This document shows, piece by piece, positions 1-8,803 of a stretch of DNA of 10,027 nt. The notes under the pieces are model-generated. The model saw only the letters and a list, made by a program, of their open reading frames with translations. It searched no databases and was not told the origin of the DNA. Origin of the DNA: a virus (taxonomy: Duplodnaviria; Heunggongvirae; Uroviricota; Caudoviricetes); the IMG/VR virus record IMGVR_UViG_2541047945_000003. One strand, given 5' to 3'. Every line of letters begins with the position of its first letter. Position 1 is the stretch's first letter. The position numbers and the translations under genes are program-made.

Positions 1-573
1 CAGAATATGGCGGCGATGCTGACCGGCAGTGAGCAGAACTGGCGCAGCTTCACCCGTTCCGTGCTGTCCATGATGACAGAAATTCTGCTTAAGCAGGCAA
101 TGGTGGGGATTGTCGGGAGTATCGGCAGCGCCATTGGCGGGGCTGTTGGTGGCGGCGCATCCGCGTCAGGCGGTACAGCCATTCAGGCCGCTGCGGCGAA
201 ATTCCATTTTGCAACCGGAGGATTTACGGGAACCGGCGGCAAATATGAGCCAGCGGGGATTGTTCACCGTGGTGAATTTGTCTTCACAAAGGAGGCAACC
301 AGCCGGATTGGCGTGGGGAATCTTTACCGGCTGATGCGCGGCTATGCCACCGGCGGTTATGTCGGTACACCGGGCAGCATGGCAGACAGCCGGTCGCAGG
401 CGTCCGGGACGTTTGAGCAGAATAACCATGTGGTGATTAACAACGACGGCACGAACGGGCAGATAGGTCCGGCTGCTCTGAAGGCAGTGTATGACATGGC
501 CCGCAAGGGTGCCCGTGATGAAATCCAGGCACAGATGCGCGATGGTGGTCTGTTCTCCGGAGGTGGACGATGA
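1..573 (+). CDS. H: Tail tape measure protein H, C-terminal fragment (5' end lies outside the window)
   Basis: Frame-1 ORF is open from base 1 and stops at TGA 571-573. Gly/Ala-rich translation ending ...RDGGLFSGGGR matches the lambda gpH C-terminus as I recall it. Its stop overlaps the M start (ATGA), the standard lambda H-M junction. Confidence 0.88.
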   Translation, partial: QNMAAMLTGSEQNWRSFTRSVLSMMTEILLKQAMVGIVGSIGSAIGGAVGGGASASGGTAIQAAAAKFHFATGGFTGTGGKYEPAGIVHRGEFVFTKEATSRIGVGNLYRLMRGYATGGYVGTPGSMADSRSQASGTFEQNNHVVINNDGTNGQIGPAALKAVYDMARKGARDEIQAQMRDGGLFSGGGR

Positions 574-899
574 AAACCTTCCGCTGGAAAGTGAAACCCG
601 GGATGGATGTGACATCGGCTCCTTCCGTCAGGGAGGTGCGCTTTGGTGATGGCTATTCCCAGCGTGCGCCTGCCGGGCTGAACGCTGACCTGAAAACGTA
701 CAGCGTGACGCTGTCTGTCTCCCGTGAGGAGGCCACGGCGCTGGAGTCGTTTCTGGCTGAGCACGGGGGCTGGAAGGCCTTTCTGTGGACGCCGCCTTAT
801 GGCTACAGGCAGATAAAGGTGACCTGCGCAAAATGGTCGTCGCAGGTCAGTATGTTGCGTGTTGAGTTCAGCGCAGAGTTTAAACAGGTGGTGAACTGA
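570..899 (+). CDS. M: Minor tail protein M
   Basis: 109-aa ORF (MKTFRWKVKPGMDV...) with the length and sequence of lambda gpM from memory. ATG overlaps the H stop and its own stop overlaps the L start (TGATG at 897-901). Confidence 0.9.
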   Translation: MKTFRWKVKPGMDVTSAPSVREVRFGDGYSQRAPAGLNADLKTYSVTLSVSREEATALESFLAEHGGWKAFLWTPPYGYRQIKVTCAKWSSQVSMLRVEFSAEFKQVVN

Positions 900-1597
900 T
901 GCAGGATATCCGGCAGGAAACACTGAATGAATGCACCCGTGCGGAGCAGTCGGCCAGCGTGGTGCTCTGGGAAATCGATCTGACAGAGGTCGGTGGAGAA
1001 CGTTATTTTTTCTGTAATGAGCAGAACGAAAAAGGTGAGCCGGTCACCTGGCAGGGGCGACAGTATCAGCCGTATCCCATTCAGGGGAGTGGTTTTGAAC
1101 TGAATGGCAAAGGCACCAGTACGCGCCCCACGCTGACGGTTTCTAACCTGTACGGTATGGTCACCGGGATGGCGGAAGATATGCAGAGTCTGGTCGGCGG
1201 AACGGTGGTCCGGCGTAAGGTTTACGCCCGTTTTCTGGATGCGGTGAACTTCGTCAACGGAAACAGTGACGCCGATCCGGAGCAGGAGGTGATCAGCCGC
1301 TGGCGCATCGAGCAGTGCAGCGAACTGAGCGCGGTCAGTGCCTCTTTTGTACTGTCCACGCCGACGGAAACGGACGGCGCTGTTTTTCCGGGACGTATCA
1401 TGCTGGCCAACACCTGCACCTGGACCTATCGCGGCGATGAGTGCGGTTATCACGGTCCGGCAGTCGCGGATGAATATGATCAGCCGACGTCCGATATCAC
1501 GAAGGATAAATGCAGCAAATGCCTGAGCGGTTGTAAGTTCCGCAATAACGTCGGCAACTTTGGCGGCTTCCTTTCCATTAACAAACTTTCGCAGTAA
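899..1597 (+). CDS. L: Minor tail protein L
   Basis: 232-aa ORF (MQDIRQETLNECTRAEQSASVVLWEIDL...) matching lambda gpL in length and sequence from memory. The C-terminal Cys cluster (CSKCLSGC) is consistent with the known metal-binding tail of gpL. Start is coupled to the M stop. Confidence 0.9.
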   Translation: MQDIRQETLNECTRAEQSASVVLWEIDLTEVGGERYFFCNEQNEKGEPVTWQGRQYQPYPIQGSGFELNGKGTSTRPTLTVSNLYGMVTGMAEDMQSLVGGTVVRRKVYARFLDAVNFVNGNSDADPEQEVISRWRIEQCSELSAVSASFVLSTPTETDGAVFPGRIMLANTCTWTYRGDECGYHGPAVADEYDQPTSDITKDKCSKCLSGCKFRNNVGNFGGFLSINKLSQ

Positions 1598-1602
1598 ATA
1601 CC

Positions 1603-2346
1603 ATGACACAGACAGAATCAGCGATTCTGGCGCACGCCCGGCGATGTGCGCCAGCGGAGTCGTGCGGCTTCGTGGTAAGCACGCCGGAGGGGGAAAGATA
1701 TTTCCCCTGCGTGAATATCTCCGGTGAGCCGGAGGCGTATTTCCGTATGTCGCCGGAAGACTGGCTGCAGGCAGAAATGCAGGGTGAGATTATGGCGCTG
1801 GTCCACAGCCACCCCGGAGGTCTGCCCTGGCTGAGTGAGGCCGACCGGCGGCTGCAGGTGCAGAGTGATTTGCCGTGGTGGCTGGTCTGCCGGGGGACGA
1901 TTCATAAGTTCCGCTGTGTGCCGCATCTCACCGGGCGGCGCTTTGAGCACGGGGTGACGGACTGTTACACGCTGTTCCGGGATGCTTATCATCTGGCGGG
2001 GATTGAGATGCCGGATTTTCATCGCGGGGATGACTGGTGGCGTCACGGTCAGAATCTCTATCTGGATAATCTGGAGGCCACAGGGCTGTATCAGGTGCCG
2101 TTGTCATCAGCACAACCGGGCGATGTGCTGCTGTGCTGTTTTGGTTCATCGGTGCCGAATCATGCCGCCATTTACTGTGGTGACAGCGAGCTGCTGCACC
2201 ATATTCCTGAACAACTGAGCAAACGAGAGAGGTACACCGACAAATGGCAGCGACGCACACACTCCCTCTGGCGTCACCGGGAATGGCACGCATCTGCCTT
2301 TACGGGGATTTGCAACGATTTGGCCGCCGCATCGACCTTCGTGTGA
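1603..2346 (+). CDS. K: Tail tip assembly protein K (MPN/JAMM plus NlpC/P60 two-domain protein)
   Basis: 247-aa ORF 6 nt after the L stop. The translation has a JAMM-type motif HSHPGGLPWLSEAD (H-x-H-x7-S-x2-D) and downstream Cys/His residues (DCYTL ... LLHH) consistent with an NlpC/P60 fold. The classical lambda annotation starts K at an internal Met (here ATG 1747, MSPEDW...); I prefer 1603 because a complete MPN domain needs the upstream residues. Confidence 0.85.
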   Translation: MTQTESAILAHARRCAPAESCGFVVSTPEGERYFPCVNISGEPEAYFRMSPEDWLQAEMQGEIMALVHSHPGGLPWLSEADRRLQVQSDLPWWLVCRGTIHKFRCVPHLTGRRFEHGVTDCYTLFRDAYHLAGIEMPDFHRGDDWWRHGQNLYLDNLEATGLYQVPLSSAQPGDVLLCCFGSSVPNHAAIYCGDSELLHHIPEQLSKRERYTDKWQRRTHSLWRHREWHASAFTGICNDLAAASTFV

Positions 2347-2915
2347 AAACGGGGGCTGAAGCCATCCGCGCACTTGCCACACAGCTCCCGGCGTTTCGTC
2401 AGAAACTGAGCGACGGCTGGTATCAGGTACGGATTGCCGGGCGGGACGTCAGCACGTCCGGGTTAACGGCGCAGTTACATGAGACTCTGCCTGACGGCGC
2501 TGTGATTCATATTGTTCCCAGAGTCGCCGGGGCCAAGTCAGGGGGCGTATTCCAGATTGTTCTGGGGGCTGCCGCCATTGCCGGATCATTCTTTACTGCC
2601 GGAGCCACCCTTGCAGCATGGGGGGCAGCCATTGGGGCCGGTGGTATGACCGGTATCCTGTTTTCTCTCGGTGCCAGTATGGTGCTCGGTGGTGTGGCGC
2701 AGATGTTGGCACCGAAAGCCAGGACGCCCACGGCAGCAAGTACAGATAACGGCAAACAGAACACCTATTTCTCCTCACTGGATAACATGGTTGCCCAGGG
2801 CAATGTTCTGCCCGTTCTGTACGGTGAAATGCGCGTGGGGTCGCGGGTGGTCTCTCAGGAGATCAGCACGGCAGACGAAGGGGATGGTGGTCAGGTTGTG
2901 GTGATTGGTCGCTGA
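2244..2915 (+). CDS. I: Tail assembly protein I
   Basis: 223-aa ORF (MAATHTLPLASPGMARICLYGDLQRFGRRIDLRVKTGAEAIRAL...) matching lambda gpI from memory, with a Gly/Ala-rich hydrophobic central segment. It overlaps the 3' end of K by about 100 nt in another frame, as in lambda. Confidence 0.9.
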   Translation: MAATHTLPLASPGMARICLYGDLQRFGRRIDLRVKTGAEAIRALATQLPAFRQKLSDGWYQVRIAGRDVSTSGLTAQLHETLPDGAVIHIVPRVAGAKSGGVFQIVLGAAAIAGSFFTAGATLAAWGAAIGAGGMTGILFSLGASMVLGGVAQMLAPKARTPTAASTDNGKQNTYFSSLDNMVAQGNVLPVLYGEMRVGSRVVSQEISTADEGDGGQVVVIGR

Positions 2916-2932
2916 TGAAAAACGTTTATGTG

Positions 2933-2953
2933 AAACCGCCTCCGGGCGGTTTT
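2933..2953 (+). terminator. Short GC hairpin with a weak T-tract in the I-J intergenic region (possible attenuator or RNA structure)
   Basis: AACCGCC-TCCG-GGCGGTT inverted repeat (7-bp stem, 4-nt loop) followed by TTGTCGTTT. The U-tract is interrupted, so this is weak as an intrinsic terminator. Confidence 0.3.
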
Positions 2954-2974
2954 GTCGTTTATGGAGCGTGAGGA

Positions 2975-5900
2975 ATGGGTAAAGGCAGCAGTAAGGGGCA
3001 TACTCCGCGCGAAGCGAAGGACAACCTGAAGTCCACGCAGTTGCTGAGTGTGATCGATGCCATCAGCGAAGGGCCGGTTGAAGGTCCGGTGGATGGATTA
3101 AAAAGCGTGCTGCTGAACAGTACGCCAGTGCTGGACAGTGAGGGGAATACCAACATCTCCGGCGTCACGGTGGTGTTCCGGGCCGGTGAGCAGGAGCAGA
3201 CACCGCCGGAGGGATTTGAATCCTCCGGCTCCGAGACGGTGCTGGGTACGGAAGTGAAATACGACACGCCGATCACCCGGACCATCACGTCGGCAAACAT
3301 TGACCGACTGCGTTTTACCTTCGGCGTGCAGGCACTGGTGGAAACCACCTCAAAGGGGGACAGGAATCCGTCGGAAGTCCGCCTGCTGGTTCAGATACAG
3401 CGTAATGGTGGCTGGGTGACGGAAAAAGACATCACCATTAAGGGCAAAACCACCTCGCAGTATCTGGCCTCGGTGGTGGTGGGTAACCTGCCGCCGCGCC
3501 CGTTCAGTATCCGGATGCGCAGGATGACGCCGGACAGCACCACAGACCAGCTGCAGAACAAAACGCTCTGGTCGTCATACACCGAAATCATCGATGTGAA
3601 ACAGTGCTACCCGAACACGGCACTGGTCGGCGTGCAGGTGGACTCGGAGCAGTTCGGCAGCCAGCAGGTGAGCCGTAATTATCATCTGCGCGGGCGCATT
3701 CTGCAGGTGCCGTCGAACTATAACCCGCAGACGCGGCAATACAGCGGTATCTGGGACGGAACGTTTAAGCCAGCATACAGCAACAACATGGCCTGGTGTC
3801 TGTGGGATATGCTGACCCATCCGCGCTACGGCATGGGGAAACGTCTTGGTGCGGCGGATGTGGACAAATGGGCGCTGTATGTCATCGGCCAGCATTGCGA
3901 TCAGTCGGTGCCGGACGGTTTTGGCGGCACGGAGCCGCGCATCACCTGTAATGCGTACCTGACCACACAGCGCAAGACGTGGGATGTGCTCAGTGATTTC
4001 TGCTCGGCGATGCGCTGTATGCCGGTATGGAACGGGCAGACGCTGACGTTCGTGCAGGACCGACCGTCGGATAAGGTGTGGACCTATAACCGCAGTAATG
4101 TGGTGATGCCGGATGATGGTGCGCCGTTCCGCTACAGCTTCAGCGCCCTGAAGGACCGCCATAATGCCGTTGAGGTGAACTGGATTGACCCGAATAACGG
4201 CTGGGAGACGGCGACAGAGCTTGTGGAGGACACGCAGGCCATTGCCCGTTACGGTCGTAGCGTCACGAAGATGGATGCTTTTGGCTGTACCAGCCGGGGG
4301 CAGGCACATCGCGCCGGGCTGTGGCTGATTAAAACAGAACTGCTGGAAACGCAGACCGTGGACTTCAGCGTGGGTGCCGAAGGGCTTCGCCATGTACCGG
4401 GCGATGTCATTGAAATCTGCGATGATGACTATGCCGGTATCAGCACCGGCGGGCGCGTGCTGGCGGTAAACAGCCAGACCCGGACGCTGACGCTCGACCG
4501 TGAAATCACGCTGCCATCTTCCGGCACCACGCTGATAAGCCTGGTTGACGGGCAGGGGAGTCCGGTCAGCGTGGAGGTTCAGTCCGTCACCGACGGCGTG
4601 AAGGTAAAAGTGAGCCGTGTTCCTGACGGCGTTGCCGAGTACAGCGTGTGGGGGCTGAAGCTGCCGACGCTGCGCCAGCGCCTGTTCCGCTGTGTGAGTA
4701 TCCGTGAGAACGATGACGGTACGTATGCCATCACTGCCGTGCAGCATGTACCGGAGAAAGAAGCCATCGTGGATAACGGGGCGCACTTTGACGGTGACCA
4801 GAGCGGCACGGTGAATGGTGTCACGCCGCCAGCAGTGCAGCATCTGACCGCAGAAGTCACTGCAGACAGCGGGGAATACCAGGTGCTGGCGCGCTGGGAT
4901 ACGCCGAAGGTGGTGAAGGGGGTGAGCTTTATGCTTCGCCTGACCGTGGCAGCGGATGACGGCAGTGAGCGGCTGGTCAGCACGGCCCGGACGACGGAAA
5001 CCACATACCGCTTCACGCAACTGGCGCTGGGAAACTACAGGCTGACAGTCCGGGCGGCAAATGCCTGGGGGCAGCAGGGCGATCCGGCGTCGGTATCGTT
5101 CCGGATTGCCGCACCGGCAGCGCCATCTCGGATTGAGCTGACGCCGGGCTATTTTCAGATAACCGCCACGCCGCATCTTGCCGTTTATGATCCGACGGTA
5201 CAGTTTGAGTTCTGGTTCTCGGAAAAGCGGATTACCGATATCAGGCAGGTTGAAACCACAGCCCGCTATCTTGGCACGGCGCTGTACTGGATAGCTGCCA
5301 GTATCAATATTAAGCCGGGCCATGATTATTATTTTTACGTTCGCAGTGTGAACACCGTTGGCAAATCGGCATTCGTGGAGGCCGTCGGTCGGGCGAGCGA
5401 TGATGCGGAAGGTTACCTGGATTTTTTCAAAGGCCAGATAACCGAATCCCATCTCGGCAAGGAGCTGCTGGAAAAAGTCGAGCTGACGGAGGATAACGCC
5501 AGCAAACTGGAGGAGTTTTCGAAAGAGTGGAAGGACGCCAACGATAAATGGAATGCCATGTGGGGCGTCAAAATTGAGCAGACCAAAGACGGCAAACATT
5601 ATGTCGCGGGGCTTGGCCTCAGCATGGAGGATACGGAGGAAGGCAAACTGAGCCAGTTCCTGGTTGCCGCTAACCGTATCGCGTTTATTGACCCGGCAAA
5701 CGGGAATGAAACGCCGATGTTTGTGGCGCAGGGCAACCAGATATTCATGAACGAAGTGTTCCTGAAGTATCTGACGGCTCCCACCATTACCAGTGGCGGT
5801 AATCCTCCGGCATTTTCCCTGACACCGGACGGGCGGCTGACGGCGAGAAATGCTGATATCAGCGGTAACGTGAATGCGAACTCCGGGACGCTCAATAATG

Positions 5901-6388
5901 TCACGGTAAATGAAAACTGTACGATTAAGGGCATGCTGGAGGCGAACCAGGTCAGAGGTGACTTCGTTAAAACTGTATCCAAATCATTCCCGAAAAAGGC
6001 TGGTACGTGGGGTAACACGGAAACACCAAACGGGACGGTTACAGTCACCATTTACGATGATCATAACTTTGACCGCCAAATCATTATTCCGCCCATTATT
6101 TTTAACGGTGTGGCGTATGACGATCCGGGGAGCGGTAATAACCCGGGAGGTACGCGATACACGGGTTATGGTTTTGAAGTTCGCAAAAATGGCGTATTAA
6201 TCGCATCCAGAGAAACTAAAGGAGCCATTCCCGGTAGTTACAGTGCGGTTATTGATATGCCGAGTGGTGGTGGTAACGTCACTCTGGAGTTTAAGATTTT
6301 CCAGAAAGGCAATCAGGGCGCAGGTAACATCACAGACTGTACGGTGATTGTGACCAAAAAAGCTGCTTCCGGTATCAGTATCCGTTGA
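2975..6388 (+). CDS. J: Central tail fiber / host specificity protein J, with a divergent C-terminal receptor-binding region
   Basis: 1137-aa ORF preceded by AGGA 1 nt upstream of the ATG. The first ~975 residues ([34 protein letters not shown]...) match lambda gpJ closely from memory. The last ~160 residues (from about [14 protein letters not shown]... to ...[10 protein letters not shown]) do not match my recollection of the lambda J C-terminus. Confidence 0.93.
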   Translation: MGKGSSKGHTPREAKDNLKSTQLLSVIDAISEGPVEGPVDGLKSVLLNSTPVLDSEGNTNISGVTVVFRAGEQEQTPPEGFESSGSETVLGTEVKYDTPITRTITSANIDRLRFTFGVQALVETTSKGDRNPSEVRLLVQIQRNGGWVTEKDITIKGKTTSQYLASVVVGNLPPRPFSIRMRRMTPDSTTDQLQNKTLWSSYTEIIDVKQCYPNTALVGVQVDSEQFGSQQVSRNYHLRGRILQVPSNYNPQTRQYSGIWDGTFKPAYSNNMAWCLWDMLTHPRYGMGKRLGAADVDKWALYVIGQHCDQSVPDGFGGTEPRITCNAYLTTQRKTWDVLSDFCSAMRCMPVWNGQTLTFVQDRPSDKVWTYNRSNVVMPDDGAPFRYSFSALKDRHNAVEVNWIDPNNGWETATELVEDTQAIARYGRSVTKMDAFGCTSRGQAHRAGLWLIKTELLETQTVDFSVGAEGLRHVPGDVIEICDDDYAGISTGGRVLAVNSQTRTLTLDREITLPSSGTTLISLVDGQGSPVSVEVQSVTDGVKVKVSRVPDGVAEYSVWGLKLPTLRQRLFRCVSIRENDDGTYAITAVQHVPEKEAIVDNGAHFDGDQSGTVNGVTPPAVQHLTAEVTADSGEYQVLARWDTPKVVKGVSFMLRLTVAADDGSERLVSTARTTETTYRFTQLALGNYRLTVRAANAWGQQGDPASVSFRIAAPAAPSRIELTPGYFQITATPHLAVYDPTVQFEFWFSEKRITDIRQVETTARYLGTALYWIAASINIKPGHDYYFYVRSVNTVGKSAFVEAVGRASDDAEGYLDFFKGQITESHLGKELLEKVELTEDNASKLEEFSKEWKDANDKWNAMWGVKIEQTKDGKHYVAGLGLSMEDTEEGKLSQFLVAANRIAFIDPANGNETPMFVAQGNQIFMNEVFLKYLTAPTITSGGNPPAFSLTPDGRLTARNADISGNVNANSGTLNNVTVNENCTIKGMLEANQVRGDFVKTVSKSFPKKAGTWGNTETPNGTVTVTIYDDHNFDRQIIIPPIIFNGVAYDDPGSGNNPGGTRYTGYGFEVRKNGVLIASRETKGAIPGSYSAVIDMPSGGGNVTLEFKIFQKGNQGAGNITDCTVIVTKKAASGISIR

Positions 6389-6408
6389 AATATTTATAAC
6401 CCCAATAC

Positions 6409-6436
6409 GGGCGCCAGCAATGGCGCCTTTTTTATT
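6409..6436 (+). terminator. Rho-independent terminator-like hairpin between J and stf
   Basis: GGCGCC (6410-6415), loop AGCAAT, GGCGCC (6422-6427), followed directly by TTTTTTATTT. It lies 21 nt after the J stop. Confidence 0.6.
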
Positions 6437-6448
6437 TGTGGAGTGAGT

Positions 6449-8803
6449 ATGGCAGTACAGATTTCAGGTGTGCTGAAAGATGGTGCGGGAAAACCAATAC
6501 AGAACTGCACTATTCAACTGAAGGCAAAGCGTAACAGCACCACGGTACTGGTGAACACGGTGGCCTCTGAAAATCCGGATGAAGCCGGGCGTTACAGCAT
6601 GGATGTTGAGTATGGCCAGTACAACGTCACCCTGCTGGTTGAAGGTTTTCCGCCTTCACATGCCGGGACCATCACCGTGTATGAAGATTCTAAGCCGGGG
6701 ACGCTGAATGATTTTCTCGGTGCCATGACGGAAGAGGATGTCATGCCGGAGGCATTACGCCGTTTTGAGGCTATGGTGGAAGAAGCAGCACGTAACGCTG
6801 AAGCTGCCTCTCAGAGCGCAGCGGCGGCAAAGAAATCCGAAACTGCAGCGGCATCATCGAAGAACGCGGCGAAAACCTCAGAAACGAATGCAGCTAACAG
6901 CGCACAGGCGGCAGCGGCCTCGCAGACTGCATCGGCAAATTCCGCGACAGCAGCTAAAAAATCAGAAACCAACGCGAAAAACAGCGAGACAGCAGCAAAG
7001 ACGAGCGAAACCAACGCAAAGTCCAGCCAGACGGCAGCGAAAACCAGCGAAACGAATGCTAAAGCCAGTGAAACTGCGGCAAAAAACAGCCAGGCTGCAG
7101 CAGCTGAAAGCGAGAGCGCAGCAGCCGGTTCTGCGACTTCAGCAGCTGGATCAGCAACTGCTGCGGCTAACAGCCAGAAAGCTGCGAAGACGAGTGAAAC
7201 TAACGCAAAGTCCAGCCAGACGGCAGCGAAGACCAGCGAAACGAATGCCAAAGCCAGCGAAACTGCGGCAAAAAACAGTCAGGATGCAGCGGCCCAAAGC
7301 GAGAGTGCCGCAGCTGGTTCTGCAAGTGCGGCAGCTAATAGCCAAAAAGCTGCAAAAACCAGTGAAACTAACGCAAAGACGAGTGAAACAAAAGCAGCAG
7401 CCAGCGAGATAGAAGCAACGTCAGCCGCAACAAGAGCAGAGAATGCAGCCCGGATTGCAGAAGATGCCGCTGATCCTGCTTCAGTCCCTCCGCTTCCTGA
7501 TATCTGGCTACCCTTGAATGATTCTCTGGAAGCGATAACAGGGTATGCCCCGGGCTATAAAACAATAACCATCGGCAGTGATGAAATAACAATGCCTGTT
7601 AATGGCATATGCCAATTTAGCCGCGCTTCATCAGCAACGTATATTGATAAGTCCGGGCATATTACCGTGGCAGGGAATAACGTTCCTCGTTTTGAAAAAT
7701 ATGGTTTGCTGATAGAGAATCAGCGAACAAACATGTTCGTAAATAGTTTTAATCCTGATGCGTGGAATAAAAGCGGTGGTATATCTGTAACATCATCAAC
7801 AGATGAATTTGAGTTTAAATATGGACGTTTCACAGTAGGAAGTGAGATAGCAGGAACGACAACAGGGAGAAATATATGCACAGTTGCTGGTAATAAAGGC
7901 ATAGATGTGACTGGCGATGATCAGTACAGTAAAGGTCCGTATGTTACCGCGTCGTTCAGGGTAAGAAGTGATCTCAATGTTCGCGCACGTATCCGTTTTG
8001 AACGGTATAACTCGGAAGGATACACTTTCCTTTGTGACGCCTATTTGTCATTACAGACTCATGAACTACAAATTACGGGTGGTAATGCCCAGCTATTAAC
8101 AGCAAACTTTGAAATCGACCCTGGTAGTGGATGGATATATTTTCAGGCAACACTGAAATGTCTGCCAGAATGGGGAATGGTTGGTACGCAGCTGCAAATT
8201 GCAGCCGACAGAGCAGTGGGGGCTTTTGCAACAGGTGACTGGATAGAAGTAACCACCCCGCAATTCGAGTATGGTGCTTGTGCAACTTCCTTTATCATAA
8301 CGACAACAGAGCCAGCGACTCGTGCATCAGATTTATGTAAATTTCCGCTGATGAAAAATATGTATACCATGCCTTTTACGTTCATGGTGGAAGTCCATAA
8401 AAACTGGTTTATTTCTCATAATGCTGCACCGCGTGTCATTGATTCAGAAAATCACCAGTCCGGAGGCCCATTTATTATGGGGTTTGGTTCTTCTGGAACT
8501 ATCAGTCAGGATGGTTATTCGTATTGCGATATAGGCGGGGCTAACCGGCGTGTATATGAGTCATGCGGAGTAAGAGATCTCGTTATGGGATTCAGGGTTA
8601 AGGCTGACGGCATGACATGCTCATTTGCAAATAAGAATATAAGCACTGAAACCAAAACAGTATGGAAATATATTCGTGAAGCAGCCGTGATTCGTATCGG
8701 GGGGCAAACGACGACAGGATTACGACACCTTAATGGTCATATAAAAAACCTCCGTTTCTGGAACAGAGCATTGTCAGATACGCAGCTTAAGGAATACGTA
8801 TAA
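6449..8803 (+). CDS. stf: Side tail fiber protein (Stf-like): lambda-type N-terminal domain, repeat shaft, divergent C-terminal putative receptor-binding domain
   Basis: ATG 6449 with GGAG 5 nt upstream (the ORF track begins at an in-frame GTG at 6443). The N-terminus MAVQISGVLKDGAGKPIQNCTIQLKAKRNSTTVLVNTVASENPDEAGRYSMDVEYGQY... resembles the lambda Stf N-terminal domain from memory. The middle is an Ala/Lys/Ser/Glu/Thr-rich repeat region (KTSETNAK units). The C-terminal ~430 aa is lower-GC and ends ...IKNLRFWNRALSDTQLKEYV, which resembles the terminal strand of LamG/concanavalin-A-like jelly-roll domains. Confidence 0.85.
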   Translation: MAVQISGVLKDGAGKPIQNCTIQLKAKRNSTTVLVNTVASENPDEAGRYSMDVEYGQYNVTLLVEGFPPSHAGTITVYEDSKPGTLNDFLGAMTEEDVMPEALRRFEAMVEEAARNAEAASQSAAAAKKSETAAASSKNAAKTSETNAANSAQAAAASQTASANSATAAKKSETNAKNSETAAKTSETNAKSSQTAAKTSETNAKASETAAKNSQAAAAESESAAAGSATSAAGSATAAANSQKAAKTSETNAKSSQTAAKTSETNAKASETAAKNSQDAAAQSESAAAGSASAAANSQKAAKTSETNAKTSETKAAASEIEATSAATRAENAARIAEDAADPASVPPLPDIWLPLNDSLEAITGYAPGYKTITIGSDEITMPVNGICQFSRASSATYIDKSGHITVAGNNVPRFEKYGLLIENQRTNMFVNSFNPDAWNKSGGISVTSSTDEFEFKYGRFTVGSEIAGTTTGRNICTVAGNKGIDVTGDDQYSKGPYVTASFRVRSDLNVRARIRFERYNSEGYTFLCDAYLSLQTHELQITGGNAQLLTANFEIDPGSGWIYFQATLKCLPEWGMVGTQLQIAADRAVGAFATGDWIEVTTPQFEYGACATSFIITTTEPATRASDLCKFPLMKNMYTMPFTFMVEVHKNWFISHNAAPRVIDSENHQSGGPFIMGFGSSGTISQDGYSYCDIGGANRRVYESCGVRDLVMGFRVKADGMTCSFANKNISTETKTVWKYIREAAVIRIGGQTTTGLRHLNGHIKNLRFWNRALSDTQLKEYV
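6998..7354 (+). repeat. In-frame tandem duplication (~189-bp unit, two near-identical copies) inside the stf shaft, within a longer degenerate ~27-nt periodic region (~6820-7400)
   Basis: Copy A 6998-7186 and copy B 7187-7354 align almost base for base (aagacgag[c/t]gaaac[c/t]aacgcaaagtccagccagacggcagcgaa...ggttctgc). Copy B lacks about 21 nt near its 3' end. Protein level: KTSETNAKSSQTAAKTSETNAKASETAAKNSQ[A/D]AAA[E/Q]SESAAAGSA... occurs twice. Confidence 0.8.

Noticed and set aside
110-615. Small overlapping ORFs within the H fragment (74 aa on +, 149 aa on -)
   Set aside because: They are embedded in or antisense to the tape-measure coding sequence and have no independent support.
803-1609. 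268-aa minus-strand ORF antisense to M and L
   Set aside because: It overlaps the well-supported M and L genes on the opposite strand and is most likely an antisense artefact.
3575-5599. 674-aa ORF on the minus strand inside J
   Set aside because: It lies entirely antisense to the strongly supported J gene. The translation is Arg/His/Pro-rich and low-complexity, typical of a spurious antisense ORF in GC-rich coding DNA, and it has no plausible RBS or start context.
6820-7400. Possible CRISPR-like or other non-coding repeat array
   Set aside because: The repeats are in-frame coding repeats within stf, with no spacer-repeat architecture and no cas genes, so they are not CRISPR.
6738-7412. 224-aa Arg/Gln/Lys-rich ORF in an alternative + frame, and a 146-aa minus-strand ORF (6811-7251), across the stf repeat region
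   Set aside because: Both are by-products of the repetitive GCN/AAA-rich stf shaft, which lacks stop codons in several frames. The real frame is the one continuous with the Stf N- and C-terminal domains.
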